A stretch of 64,000 bases of DNA, from the NCBI GenBank assembly GCA_965243135.1, contig OZ251539.1:2496001-2560000 (forward strand). Reading direction: 5' to 3'. The notes below the pieces were generated by a model. It ran no database searches, was not told the origin of the DNA, and saw nothing but the letters and a program-made list of their open reading frames with translations. A program made the position numbers and the translations under genes. Origin of the DNA: Alphaproteobacteria bacterium (GTDB taxonomy: Bacteria; Pseudomonadota; Alphaproteobacteria; MPNO01; UBA830). Of the stretch, positions 1-9,797 are shown piece after piece (the first letter of the stretch is position 1; every line of letters starts with the position of its first letter).

Positions 1-165
1 CGGCATCGCTTCGAGAAAGTTGCGTCGTCCCGGCCGCCGCCCGGTCCGAAAACCGGCCACGCCGCGACTTGCCGCGTCGCTTCTTCATGAGGCAAGCAAG
101 GCGTTTGCGATCTTCGGAATATCCTGTGCCATAATGGACCCGCAAGGCGTTTGAAAGGTGACGGC

Positions 166-1170
166 ATGCCCGATTCGCACATCCTGACCACCGTAGTGGG
201 CAGCTACCCCGTTCCGGACTGGCTCGGCGCCCGGCCGTCCGAACAGGCGATCGTCGACGCGACCCGAATCGTAATCGCGACCCAGGAGGCCGCCGGCATC
301 GACGTCGTCGCGGACGGCGAACTCTACCGCTTCGACGCCGACCATCCCGAGACCAACGGCATGATCGAGTATTTCACCCGTCCCATGAGCGGCATCCGCA
401 ACGAGGCTACGTTCGAGGAAACGATCGCCTACAGGTCGCAGAAAGGAATGGGTTACCGCACCCGTCCGCCCGGCGTCGTCGAAGGAGAAATCGGCCACGG
501 CGCGCTGGACCTGCCGGGTGCCTGCGCGCGCGCCCGTCCGCTGACGCGCAGACCGCTAAAATTCACCCTTACCGGGCCTCACATGCTGGCCAAGACGCTT
601 GTCGACAAGCATTACGGCGACCTGCCGGCCCTGACGTCGGCGCTCGGCCGGGTTCTCGCCGAACAGGTGGCGCATCTCGATGCGGACGTGGTTCAGCTCG
701 ACGAAGCGAACCTCCCCGGCAGCCCGCGCGAATGGAAATGGGCCGCCGAAGCGCTCAATCTCGTCCTCGACGCCGTCAACGGCGCCGCCGCGGTGCACCT
801 GTGCTTCGGCAACTACGGCGGACAGCGCGTGCAGGAAGGAACGTGGAAGGACCTCGTCGACTACCTCAATGCGCTGCATGCGGACCACGTCGTCATGGAG
901 ACCCGAAGGCGGCCTCCCGAGGAACTCGCCGTGTTCGCAGGTCTCGACCCGAAAATCGGCATGGGTCTCGGCGTCGTCGACATCAAGACGACGGCGGTCG
1001 AGACCGCCGACGACGTCGCCCGCGCCATCGAACGCGCCGAACGCGTCATCGGAGCGGGACGGGTAAGGTACGTTCATCCCGACTGCGGCTTCTGGATGCT
1101 GCCGCGTTCCGTCGCGGACGCCAAGCTCGCGGCGCTCGCCGCCGGCCGCGATCTCTACGAGGGCCGCTGA
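166..1170 (+). CDS. Cobalamin-independent methionine synthase II family protein (MetE C-terminal-like)
   Basis: TTVVGSYP start, DGELYR, QLDEA, HLCFGNYGG, GVVDIK and HPDCG Zn-site motifs; ATG at 166. Confidence 0.85.
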   Translation: MPDSHILTTVVGSYPVPDWLGARPSEQAIVDATRIVIATQEAAGIDVVADGELYRFDADHPETNGMIEYFTRPMSGIRNEATFEETIAYRSQKGMGYRTRPPGVVEGEIGHGALDLPGACARARPLTRRPLKFTLTGPHMLAKTLVDKHYGDLPALTSALGRVLAEQVAHLDADVVQLDEANLPGSPREWKWAAEALNLVLDAVNGAAAVHLCFGNYGGQRVQEGTWKDLVDYLNALHADHVVMETRRRPPEELAVFAGLDPKIGMGLGVVDIKTTAVETADDVARAIERAERVIGAGRVRYVHPDCGFWMLPRSVADAKLAALAAGRDLYEGR

Positions 1171-2027
1171 TCCCAGGACTGCAAGAAAGGAACGCTTCTT
1201 TCCAGGCAAGTCGACAGCACCTCGTCCGCCGGCCGCGTCCACCAGTCGAACTTCGAGAATATCTCGACTTCGACCGGCCCGGCGTAGCCGGCGGCGGCGA
1301 CCTGCCGGCCGATCCCGGCAAGGTCGACGACGCCGTCGCCCATCATGCCGCGATCCAGCAACGGATCGCGGGTTTCGCGAAGCCAGTCGCAGACGTGAAA
1401 GGCGAAGATGCGTCCGTCCCGGCCAGCCCGCGCGATCTGCCGCTCCAGTTCTGGATCCCACCACACGTGATAAACGTCGATCGCGACCCCCGCGCCGTCG
1501 CCCAACGCCTCGCACAGATCGAGCGCTTGCCCCAGCGTGTTGATGCATCCGCGATCGGCCGCGTACGCCGGATGCATCGGCTCGATCGCGACCTTCACGC
1601 CGCAGGAACGAGCATAAGGAAGCAGTTCCGCGAGGCCGTCCGCCACCTGCCTTCGCGAATCCTCGAGGCCGCGGCTGCCGACGGGCAGGCCGCCGGCCAC
1701 GATTACCAGGCAATCTGCGTCGAGTTCCGCCGCTTCGTCGACCGCTCGCCGGTTGTCGTCCATCGCAGTCTTGCGGCTAACCGCGTCCGCCGCCGGAAAG
1801 AACCCACCGCGGCACAGGCCGGTGACCCGAAGTCCGGCAGCCCGGATCGTTCGCGCAGCACTCCCGAAGTTCGCCGCATGCAGCTGGTGCCGCCACGGAT
1901 CGATTCCCGAGAAACCGAATTTCTCGCATCCCCTGACGGCGGCGTCGATCGGCGAATCCCAGCCGAGAGTCGCCGTATTGAGCGACAGGCGAGCCGCGTA
2001 GCGGCGCAGTTCCGGCGCGGGTTTCAA
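1155..2027 (-). CDS. Sugar phosphate isomerase/epimerase (xylose isomerase-like TIM barrel)
   Basis: LSLNTAT, GLCRGGFF, AIEPMHP, IDVYHVWWD, FHVCDW, MMGDGVVD, VEVEIFS; TTG start overlapping the upstream TGA. Confidence 0.85.
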   Translation of the reverse strand: MKPAPELRRYAARLSLNTATLGWDSPIDAAVRGCEKFGFSGIDPWRHQLHAANFGSAARTIRAAGLRVTGLCRGGFFPAADAVSRKTAMDDNRRAVDEAAELDADCLVIVAGGLPVGSRGLEDSRRQVADGLAELLPYARSCGVKVAIEPMHPAYAADRGCINTLGQALDLCEALGDGAGVAIDVYHVWWDPELERQIARAGRDGRIFAFHVCDWLRETRDPLLDRGMMGDGVVDLAGIGRQVAAAGYAGPVEVEIFSKFDWWTRPADEVLSTCLERSVPFLQSWDQRPS

Positions 2028-3175
2028 CGAATGCCGTAGGCGGCGAGAACCGAACGCATGCGATCGACCGCAAGATCCGGGTCTCCCAAGAGGCCGGCGC
2101 GGTCGGCGAGGCGGAAGATCTCCGCCATGTGAACGATCGACCGCGCGCTCTGCTGCCCGCCTATCATCACGAAATGGTCCTGGTGGCCGTTGAGGTAGGC
2201 CATGAAGACGACGCCGGTCTTGTAGAATCTCGTCGGCGCCTTGAAGATGTGCCGGGACAACGGCACCGTCGGCGCAAGCAGATCGGCGAAGCCTCGGACG
2301 TCGCCGTCCGACAGACAGCCCAGAGCCGCCGACGCCGCGGGCGCGATGGCGTCGAAGATTCCCAGCAGGGCGTCCGAATGCCCTTCTTCGTCGCCGGCGA
2401 TCAGTTCGGCGAAGTTGAAATCGTCGCCCGTGAACATGCGGACGCCGGCGGGAAGGCGGCGGCGCATTCCGATCTCGCGATCCTTGTCGAGCAACGAGAT
2501 CTTGATGCCGTCCACCTTTTCGGCATGCGCCTCGATTACGGACAGGCAGACGGACATCGCTTCGCCGTGATCCAGGCGTCCCCAGTATCCTTCGAGAGCG
2601 GGGTCGAACATTTCCCCGAGCCAATGAATGATGACCGGTTCGCCCACTTGCGAAAGAATGCGGTCGTATACCCGCACGTAGTCTTCGGGTCCCGAAGCGC
2701 AGGCCGCGAGCGCCCGGCTGGCCATCAGGACGACCCGGCCTCCGAGGGATTCGACGAACTCGATCTGCTCTTCATACGCGGCAATTACGTCGTCGGCCTC
2801 GACATGCGGTCCGGGAATCAGGTGATCGGTGCCGACGCCGCTGGCGACCAAAGCTCCTTCGCCGGCCGCGTCGAGCGTGCGGCGAATGAGGTTCTTCGCT
2901 CCGGTCCAGTCGAGTCCCATGCCGCGTTGAGCGGTATCCATCGCTTCGGCGACGCCGAGTCCGAGGTCCCAAAGATAGGCGCGGTATCGAATCGTCGATT
3001 CCCAGTCGATCGCGGCGTCAAGCCAGGGATCCCCGTCCGCCAGCGGATCCGCAACGACGTGAACCGCGGCGTAGGCAACGCGATTGAACGGGCGACGCCC
3101 GGGAAACGCGGAGCCGCGGCGCAGCGCGTAGGCTTCGAGGCGGCCGTCCGCCGTCGGCAACGCGATCGAGGGCAC
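2024..3175 (-). CDS. DUF993 / dihydrodipicolinate synthase-like TIM barrel protein
   Basis: AYAAVHVVADP, AEAMDTAQRGMGLDW, HWLGEMFDPAL, GIKISLLD, FTGDDFNF, YKTGVVF; GTG start at 3175. Confidence 0.85.
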   Translation of the reverse strand: MPSIALPTADGRLEAYALRRGSAFPGRRPFNRVAYAAVHVVADPLADGDPWLDAAIDWESTIRYRAYLWDLGLGVAEAMDTAQRGMGLDWTGAKNLIRRTLDAAGEGALVASGVGTDHLIPGPHVEADDVIAAYEEQIEFVESLGGRVVLMASRALAACASGPEDYVRVYDRILSQVGEPVIIHWLGEMFDPALEGYWGRLDHGEAMSVCLSVIEAHAEKVDGIKISLLDKDREIGMRRRLPAGVRMFTGDDFNFAELIAGDEEGHSDALLGIFDAIAPAASAALGCLSDGDVRGFADLLAPTVPLSRHIFKAPTRFYKTGVVFMAYLNGHQDHFVMIGGQQSARSIVHMAEIFRLADRAGLLGDPDLAVDRMRSVLAAYGIR

Positions 3176-3177
3176 CG

Positions 3178-4329
3178 CTAACCCTCCATCTCCGTCAGAT
3201 CGACCCAGCGCCGCTCCTTCCACGATCTGAGGCCGGCCTCGGCAAGTTGGACGCCCTTGGCGCCCTCCCGCAACGTGTGGGGCCATGGCGCGTCCTCCAT
3301 GACGTGCCGGATGAACAGTTCCCACTGGACCTTGAACCCGTTGTCGTAAGCGACGTTGTCCGGCACTTCCTGCCAACCGGAGAAGAAGTCGATGGTCTGC
3401 GGAACGTCCGGATTCCAGACAGGCTTGGGCGTATTGACGCGAGCCTGCGAGAAGCACTTGTGCAGTCCCGCGACGGCGGAACCGAGGGCGCCGTCCAAGT
3501 GAAAGGTGACGAGGTCGTCGCGCCGGACGCGCGTGCACCAGCTCGAATTGACGCTCGCGACGACGCCTCCCTCGAGTTCGAAGTGCGCGTAGGCGGCATC
3601 GTCGGCGTCCGCGGCGTAGAAGTTCCCGTCCTCGTCCCGGCGTTCCGGAATATGGGTCGCGCCGATGCAGGATACGGATTTGACGGGCGCGATCACGTTG
3701 TCGAGGACGTAGCGCCAGTGGCACAGCATGTCGAGAATGATGCCGCCGCCGTCCGCCAAGCGATAGTTCCAGCTCGGACGCTGCGCGGGCTGCCAATCCC
3801 CTTCGAACACCCAGTAGCCGAACTCGCCGCGAACCGAGAGCAAGCGCCCGAAGAAGCCGGATTCGCGCAGCATCCGCAGTTTCAGCAGACCGGGAAGAAA
3901 TATCTTGTCCTGAACCACGCCGTGCCTGACGCCCGCCTCGTCCGCCAGCCGCGCGACTTCGAGGGCGCTCTCCAGGTCGTCCGAAACGGGCTTTTCGCAG
4001 TAGACGTGCTTTCCCGCCTCGATGGCCTTGCGCAACAGCCCGGCCCGCATCTCGGTGGTCGCGGCGTCGAAAAAGACCGCGTCGTCGGGATCGGCCAGCG
4101 CCGCCTCCAGATCCGTCGTCCATCTTTCGAGGCCGTGCGACCGCGCGAGCGCCTCGAGCTTGTCCGCGTTCCGCCCGACCAGGATCGGATCCGGCATCGC
4201 GCGATCGCCGTTCGACAAGGCGACTCCGCCCTGCTTCATGATTTCCAGCACCGAGCGGACGAGATGCTGGTTGGTGCCCATGCGGCCCGTCACGCCGTTC
4301 ATGATGATGCCGAGTCTGCGTCGCGGCAT
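3178..4329 (-). CDS. Gfo/Idh/MocA family oxidoreductase
   Basis: NGVTGRMG Rossmann motif, HVYCEKP, GGGIILDMLCHW. Confidence 0.9.
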   Translation of the reverse strand: MPRRRLGIIMNGVTGRMGTNQHLVRSVLEIMKQGGVALSNGDRAMPDPILVGRNADKLEALARSHGLERWTTDLEAALADPDDAVFFDAATTEMRAGLLRKAIEAGKHVYCEKPVSDDLESALEVARLADEAGVRHGVVQDKIFLPGLLKLRMLRESGFFGRLLSVRGEFGYWVFEGDWQPAQRPSWNYRLADGGGIILDMLCHWRYVLDNVIAPVKSVSCIGATHIPERRDEDGNFYAADADDAAYAHFELEGGVVASVNSSWCTRVRRDDLVTFHLDGALGSAVAGLHKCFSQARVNTPKPVWNPDVPQTIDFFSGWQEVPDNVAYDNGFKVQWELFIRHVMEDAPWPHTLREGAKGVQLAEAGLRSWKERRWVDLTEMEG

Positions 4330-4341
4330 GACGATCTCCCT

Positions 4342-6693
4342 TCAGGCTTGTCGCGGGGAACGAACGCGGTCTGCGGTCCGCATATGTTCGGCGTCCATGA
4401 TCGCCCGCCATATTCGCTCGGGCGTGGCGGGCATTCCGATATGCGTCGCGCCGAATGCCGAAAGCGCATCGACGACGGCGTTCGTCACCGCGGGAAGAGC
4501 GCCGACGGTTCCCGCTTCGCCGGCCCCCTTGACGCCAAGAGGATTGGTGGCGGTCGGCACGGGGTTGCTTTTCACTTCGATCGCCGGAAAATCGTCGGCG
4601 CGAGGCATGGCGTAATCCATGAACGTGGCGGTCACGTTCTGCCCCGCTTCGTAACGAAGGTCTTCCATCACCGCCTGGCCCAGCCCCTGCGCCACGCCGC
4701 CATGGATCTGCCCCTTGAGAAGCAAGGGATTCATCACGGTTCCCACGTCGTCGACCACGCTGTATCGAAGGATTTGAGTCGATCCGGTTTCAGGATCGAT
4801 CTCGAGTTCGCATACGTGGCAGCCGTTGGGATAGTTCATCGTCTTCGCCGTATAGACGGCCTGCGCCGTCAGCCCCGGCTCCATGTCGTCCGGGATCCGG
4901 CCGGGATCGGCGGCCGCGCGGGCGACGTCGCGAATCGTCACGGTCCGGTCCGTCCCCGCGATTCGAAAGACGCCCTCGTCGAACTCCACATCGTCCGCCG
5001 CCGCCTCCAGCGCGTGCGCGGCGATGCGTTTCGCCTTGTCCAGAATCTTGTCCGCGGCCATGAGCAACGCCGAGCCGCCGAGCGTCGCCGAACGCGAACC
5101 GCCGGTGCCGTGTCCGAATGGAACGAGGTCGGTATCGCCCCAGCCGTAATGGACGTCGTCGTAATCGAGGCCGAGACGATCGCAGACAAGTTGCTTGTAG
5201 ACCGTCTCGTGCCCCTGGCCCTGCGTGATCGATCCCGAAAGAACGGCGGCCGTGCCCGAGCGGTCGAAACGGATTTCGGCGCCTTCGATGCCGGGAGCCG
5301 CCGCGCGCTCGATGGTGTTGGATACGCCGATTCCGCGGAGCCGCCCGCGCCCGGCCGCTTCCTCCCGGCGCTCCGGGAATCCGCCGTAATCGGCCAGTTC
5401 CAGAGCCATATCCATGTTCTTTTCGAACTCGCCGCAATCGTATTCGAACACGAGGCCGGTCTTGAACGGCATCGCGTCCGGCGGGATGGCGTTGCGGCGG
5501 CGCAACGAAACCGAATCCGTGCCGAGTTCGACCGCCGCGAGTTCCACGAGCCGCTCCATCACGTAAGCGGCTTCCGGCCTTCCCGCTCCCCGGTACGGGC
5601 GGGTCGGGGTGGTATGGGAATAGACCGTCGCTATGTCCACGTGGATGGCTGGCGTCCTGTACACGCCGGCCAGCGTCCCGATGTTGTTCACCGCAGGACC
5701 GCTTCCGGCCTGGATCAGGTAAGCGCCGACATTGACGACGTTCCTGACCCGCATCGCGAGGAAGCGCCCGTCCCGATCGAGCGCCAACTCGGCGGCGGTC
5801 GCATTGTCCCGCCCCTGGCAATCGGACTGGAACGCCTCGGTCCGGCTGCTCGTCCACTTGACCGGCCGGCCGACGACCCGAGACGCCCACAGCACGAGGA
5901 TATTTTCGCGGTAGACGGGAGATTTCATGCCGAAGCTGCCGCCGATGTCGCCGGCGACCACCCGCACCCTGCTTTCGGAAACGCCGATGACCTTCGCGAG
6001 ATGCATGCGATAGGGGTTCGCCTGCTGGAGGGTCGTATAGATGACGTAGCGGTCGTCCGACGCGTCGCCGAGGCACGACCGCGGCTCCATCGCGGCCGCG
6101 GTGACCCGATTGATCGCGAAGTCCTTCGAGACGACGTGCGCGGCGGACGCGAAAGCGGCATCGACCGCGGCCCGGTCGCCGACCTGATGTTCGAAGCAGA
6201 CATTGTCGGGATTGCCGTCCCAGACGGCGGGCGCTCCGCCTGCCGCCGCCTTCGCGGTATCGGTGACGGAGGGCAGCGGTTCGTAGGTCACTTCGATCAG
6301 TTCCGCCGCGTCTTCGGCCAACGCCCGCGTTTCGGCCACGACGAAGGCCACGGCGTCGCCGACGAACCGGACCCGCTCCGTCGTCAGCGCCGGAAACCGC
6401 GAAGCGTACATTCGGGTCCCGTCCCGCTTCCTGCGATTCGGCGGATCCCCCGGAACGTCGCCCCAACCCAGCGCCTGCCAGTCGCGTCCCGTCAGCACCG
6501 CGAGCACGCCCGGCGCGGCGGCGGCGGCTTCCGCGTCGATTTCCGTTATGCGGGCATGGGCGTGAGGCGAGCGCAGGACATGGCCGTGAACCATTCGAGG
6601 AAGCGTCCGGTCGTCGGCGAACCTGCCGGCGCCGCGCAGCAGGCGAGGATCTTCCGATCGGGGAACGGGTTGCCCAAGCGCGTACTTGCCCAC
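4342..6693 (-). CDS. Xanthine dehydrogenase family molybdopterin-binding subunit (CoxL form II-like)
   Basis: RSPHAHARI, GGSFGMK, YRGAGRPEA, QGQGHET, GQIHGGVAQGLG, KGAGEAG. Confidence 0.9.
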   Translation of the reverse strand: MGKYALGQPVPRSEDPRLLRGAGRFADDRTLPRMVHGHVLRSPHAHARITEIDAEAAAAAPGVLAVLTGRDWQALGWGDVPGDPPNRRKRDGTRMYASRFPALTTERVRFVGDAVAFVVAETRALAEDAAELIEVTYEPLPSVTDTAKAAAGGAPAVWDGNPDNVCFEHQVGDRAAVDAAFASAAHVVSKDFAINRVTAAAMEPRSCLGDASDDRYVIYTTLQQANPYRMHLAKVIGVSESRVRVVAGDIGGSFGMKSPVYRENILVLWASRVVGRPVKWTSSRTEAFQSDCQGRDNATAAELALDRDGRFLAMRVRNVVNVGAYLIQAGSGPAVNNIGTLAGVYRTPAIHVDIATVYSHTTPTRPYRGAGRPEAAYVMERLVELAAVELGTDSVSLRRRNAIPPDAMPFKTGLVFEYDCGEFEKNMDMALELADYGGFPERREEAAGRGRLRGIGVSNTIERAAAPGIEGAEIRFDRSGTAAVLSGSITQGQGHETVYKQLVCDRLGLDYDDVHYGWGDTDLVPFGHGTGGSRSATLGGSALLMAADKILDKAKRIAAHALEAAADDVEFDEGVFRIAGTDRTVTIRDVARAAADPGRIPDDMEPGLTAQAVYTAKTMNYPNGCHVCELEIDPETGSTQILRYSVVDDVGTVMNPLLLKGQIHGGVAQGLGQAVMEDLRYEAGQNVTATFMDYAMPRADDFPAIEVKSNPVPTATNPLGVKGAGEAGTVGALPAVTNAVVDALSAFGATHIGMPATPERIWRAIMDAEHMRTADRVRSPRQA

Positions 6694-6703
6694 GACCGCC
6701 CCC

Positions 6704-7516
6704 TCAACCGGCGTTCTGCGCGAATTCGGGATCGGCGTAGCGCGCGCTCGCCGACAACGCGTGATCGAGGATGTCCGGATCCGGGTTGCCCCGCGGCACC
6801 GGATCCGGATCCCAGTGCCGGTGCCTGTCGGCGCCCCGCGCGAGAAAGGCGGTGCGCCGTCCGATCGTCGACCTTACGTGCGCAGGCACGTAAAAGACGG
6901 CAAGTCCGATTCGCGGCGCGGCCGTCCCGTTCGGAAGCGACCCGTGCACGATCCTTTCGTGATGGCAGGAAAACTCGCCCGCCTTCAGCTCGAGATCCAC
7001 CGCGTCGGCGTCGTCGATCCCCTCGATCGCCTGGCCGCGCGCCAGCAGATTCTTTTCGTGAAAGGTTTCGACGTGCGCCCGCTCCGGCCCCCGGTGCGAT
7101 TCGGGAATCACCCGAAGGCAGCCATTTGCCGGGTTGCTGTCGGTGAGCGCCAGCCAGACCGTGACGAGTTCATGGGGTTCAAGACCGAAATAGGCGGAAT
7201 CCTGATGCCACGACACGTAGGAGCCGTCGTTGCCCGGCTTGATCCAGAACCGGGAGGCGAACGTCAGAATGTCGGGGCCGATCAGGTCTTCGACCACGTC
7301 GAGAATGGGCGTTTCGAAGCAGAAATCATACGATCTGCGAAAACACAGATGCCCCTTCATATTGATGTCGCCGGCCGATACGCCCGTCGCGCGCCGGAAA
7401 CGATCGAGATCCGCGCACATGGAGCGCGCCCGATCCGGATCGATGCCGCGGAACGGCGCCAGATAACCGTTTCTCCGGTAGAATTCGACTTGGTCCGCGC
7501 TCAGGATTCCCGACAT
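6704..7516 (-). CDS. Phytanoyl-CoA dioxygenase (PhyH) family Fe/2OG dioxygenase
   Basis: WHQDSAYF, VWLALTD, NGCLRVIP, HGSLPN; ATG at 7516. Confidence 0.88.
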   Translation of the reverse strand: MSGILSADQVEFYRRNGYLAPFRGIDPDRARSMCADLDRFRRATGVSAGDINMKGHLCFRRSYDFCFETPILDVVEDLIGPDILTFASRFWIKPGNDGSYVSWHQDSAYFGLEPHELVTVWLALTDSNPANGCLRVIPESHRGPERAHVETFHEKNLLARGQAIEGIDDADAVDLELKAGEFSCHHERIVHGSLPNGTAAPRIGLAVFYVPAHVRSTIGRRTAFLARGADRHRHWDPDPVPRGNPDPDILDHALSASARYADPEFAQNAG

Positions 7517-7815
7517 CGCCCGCCCTCTTGCGAACGCAATCCTATCGCATTCTCCGACGCCGCGGTATCGCGAGAGCGGCGCGCCGTTCGCGGACTCCGG
7601 AACCCCGGGAAACCCGCGGCCGCGCCTGGACCTCGAGACCGGCAGCCGGCCGAGAGGGTTCCCGTCGGTCGGCTCGCCGGGCATCGACCGAACTCCGCGC
7701 GTCGTTCGAAAAACCCGAAACCCTCGGGAACCCGGCGCGGCTCGGCGGAAACGAGGACGCTCCGCCGGACATGCCGGCCGTCGCCGCGTTGCGGACATTC
7801 GCAAACTGCGGAATA

Positions 7816-9003
7816 ATGCTCCTCTTCACGTATTCGCCGACATTCATGAAATTCGTTCCTGCTTCCGGCCGCCTTACGGGCGCAATGACGTTTCTGACGC
7901 CGCCGTTGGCCATGCTGGTCCCCTTGTTCCTCACGGTCGTCCTTCTGGTCGGCGCGCTTCTGGTCCTGGCGGCGCGCGCATTCGACCGTCGCATCATGCG
8001 CCTCACCCTGCCAGGGGTCCTGTTGTGCGGGCTGCTGGCCTGGTCGGCGATCAGCGTCTTCTGGACGACCGATCCCGAGGCGGCGCTTCCGAAGCTCTCG
8101 GGAACGGTCGCGCTCGTCGCCGCAGGACTGATTTTCCTGAGCGCGCGCGCTCCGTTCGGCGACGGCCACCGGCGTCTTTTCCTGGCCGGGATCTGCCTGG
8201 CGGTCTGCATTCTGGCCGGCGCTCTGGTTCTCCTGCCGGTCTGGGCCGCAAACGAATCGGGCCGCCTGGTTCATTTCAATCGCGGCCTGGCCTTTCTCGC
8301 GATCGCGATCTGGCCGGCCATCGTCGTGGCCGCGCGTCATCGACGGCTCTTCGGCACCGCGCTTTATTTCCTCCCGTTCTGCCTGTTCTTCGCGTTCGAA
8401 TCGAACGCCGCCCTGGCGGCGATGCTGCTGAGCGGCGTAGCCTTCGCGGCCGTTTACGCAGCGCCGAGGATCTCGGGCCTCGCGCTGACGGCAATCGCCG
8501 CCGCGTACATGCTCGCCGCCCCGGCAATTCACAAGGACGTGCCGCCCCCGGAAGTCCTTGCCTTGGTCGACCTTCCGGAATCCGCCTATCACCGGCTCGT
8601 CATTTGGGACTACACGACCGATCGGATAGCCGAGCGCCCGCTGCTGGGATGGGGCTTCCATGCGTCCCGCCGCGTTCCCGAAGTCAATCCGGCGAAGCCG
8701 CTGGAGAGGTCGCTGCATCCTCACAACGTCGCGCTTCAGCTCTGGCTCGAGCTGGGAGCGGTGGGCGGGCTGCTGGGGGCCGCGCTGTTCGCGGCGATAG
8801 CGAATCGCGTTCGCAGGATCTCCACCGACAAGCTCCGTCTGGCGGCCGCGTCGGCCGCCTGCGTGTCGGCCTTCACCGTCGCCCAGGTCGGGTACGGTTT
8901 CTGGCAAAGCTGGTGGGTGGCGACGCTTTTCCTGTGCGCCGGCTTCGTGACGATCGTTTGCGGCGCGAACCGCTCGCCGACCGCAACGCCGACGAACGGC
9001 TGA
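7816..9003 (+). CDS. O-antigen ligase (Wzy_C) family membrane protein
   Basis: Multiple hydrophobic segments; HRLVIW, RPLLGWG, HPHNVALQLWLELG; start uncertain (7816 or 7885). Confidence 0.8.
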   Translation: MLLFTYSPTFMKFVPASGRLTGAMTFLTPPLAMLVPLFLTVVLLVGALLVLAARAFDRRIMRLTLPGVLLCGLLAWSAISVFWTTDPEAALPKLSGTVALVAAGLIFLSARAPFGDGHRRLFLAGICLAVCILAGALVLLPVWAANESGRLVHFNRGLAFLAIAIWPAIVVAARHRRLFGTALYFLPFCLFFAFESNAALAAMLLSGVAFAAVYAAPRISGLALTAIAAAYMLAAPAIHKDVPPPEVLALVDLPESAYHRLVIWDYTTDRIAERPLLGWGFHASRRVPEVNPAKPLERSLHPHNVALQLWLELGAVGGLLGAALFAAIANRVRRISTDKLRLAAASAACVSAFTVAQVGYGFWQSWWVATLFLCAGFVTIVCGANRSPTATPTNG

Positions 9004-9007
9004 GCGT

Positions 9008-9739
9008 TCAGGAACCGAAGCCGGGATCGAGCCTTTCGGCGAGGCGACGGTACATCGGCCAGTCGTCCGCGCCGAAGGGCCGGTTGCCGCGCCGGACGCG
9101 CATTTGTTCGAAGGTATGCCTCGCGAGATGCGGAGACAACTCGCGAGGCGTCGCCTTCATCGCAAGCAGGCGCGCCTGAAGCGCGCAGGCGTCGACGAGC
9201 CGATGCATATAGGCGAACGCTTCGCCTATCGTGCGCCCGACGGTCAGCAGCCCGTGGTTTCTCATGATCAGCGCGTGCTTGTCGCCGAGGTCGGCGACGA
9301 TGCGCGGACCTTCCTCCAGTTCCTGGGCGATCCCTTCGAAATCGTGATACGCGACTTCGCCGTAGAGCGCGCACGAACTCTGATCGTAAATCCCGAGACC
9401 TTCTTCGGTCGCCGATACGATGACGCCCGCCGCTTCGTGAACGTGCAGCGAACAGCCGATCTCGGGCTTCATGCGCAGGATGCAGCTGTGGAAATTGAGG
9501 CCGGCGGCGCCGGGCTTGCCGCCGTCCCCGGAAACGACCGTCCCGTCGACATGCGCCCGAAGCAGGCGCGACGCGGTGACTTCACCCCATCCGACTCCGG
9601 CCGGGTTGATCAGGAAATGATCCGGATCGCTCGGGACGCGCGCCGCAATGTGGTTGCGCGACGTTTCGTTCCAGCCGTAGTGGTGGGCGACGCGAAACGC
9701 GGCGGCGAGTTCGACCCGCGCTTCCCGCTCGTCGGTCAT
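9008..9739 (-). CDS. Class II aldolase/adducin family protein
   Basis: NHIAARVP, FLINP, HVH, MRNHGLLTVG; ATG at 9739. Confidence 0.88.
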   Translation of the reverse strand: MTDEREARVELAAAFRVAHHYGWNETSRNHIAARVPSDPDHFLINPAGVGWGEVTASRLLRAHVDGTVVSGDGGKPGAAGLNFHSCILRMKPEIGCSLHVHEAAGVIVSATEEGLGIYDQSSCALYGEVAYHDFEGIAQELEEGPRIVADLGDKHALIMRNHGLLTVGRTIGEAFAYMHRLVDACALQARLLAMKATPRELSPHLARHTFEQMRVRRGNRPFGADDWPMYRRLAERLDPGFGS

Positions 9740-9797
9740 GAGCGCTTCCTCCTTCGCTTCGGGCGCGGGTCGGCGTTCCGCCGTCCCGACGCCGGGT

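Noticed and set aside
3247-7146. Very long ORFs such as 3247-7146 (+), 24320-27103 (+) and 27885-30575 (+)
   Set aside because: They are antisense shadows of well-supported genes in high-GC DNA, with no recognisable motifs.
7599-7740. Loosely similar GAAACCC..GGGAACCC motifs as another mini-array
   Set aside because: Copies are not identical and not at a 61-bp period. By-eye scanning of other intergenic regions found no further 28/33 units, though single events could have been missed.
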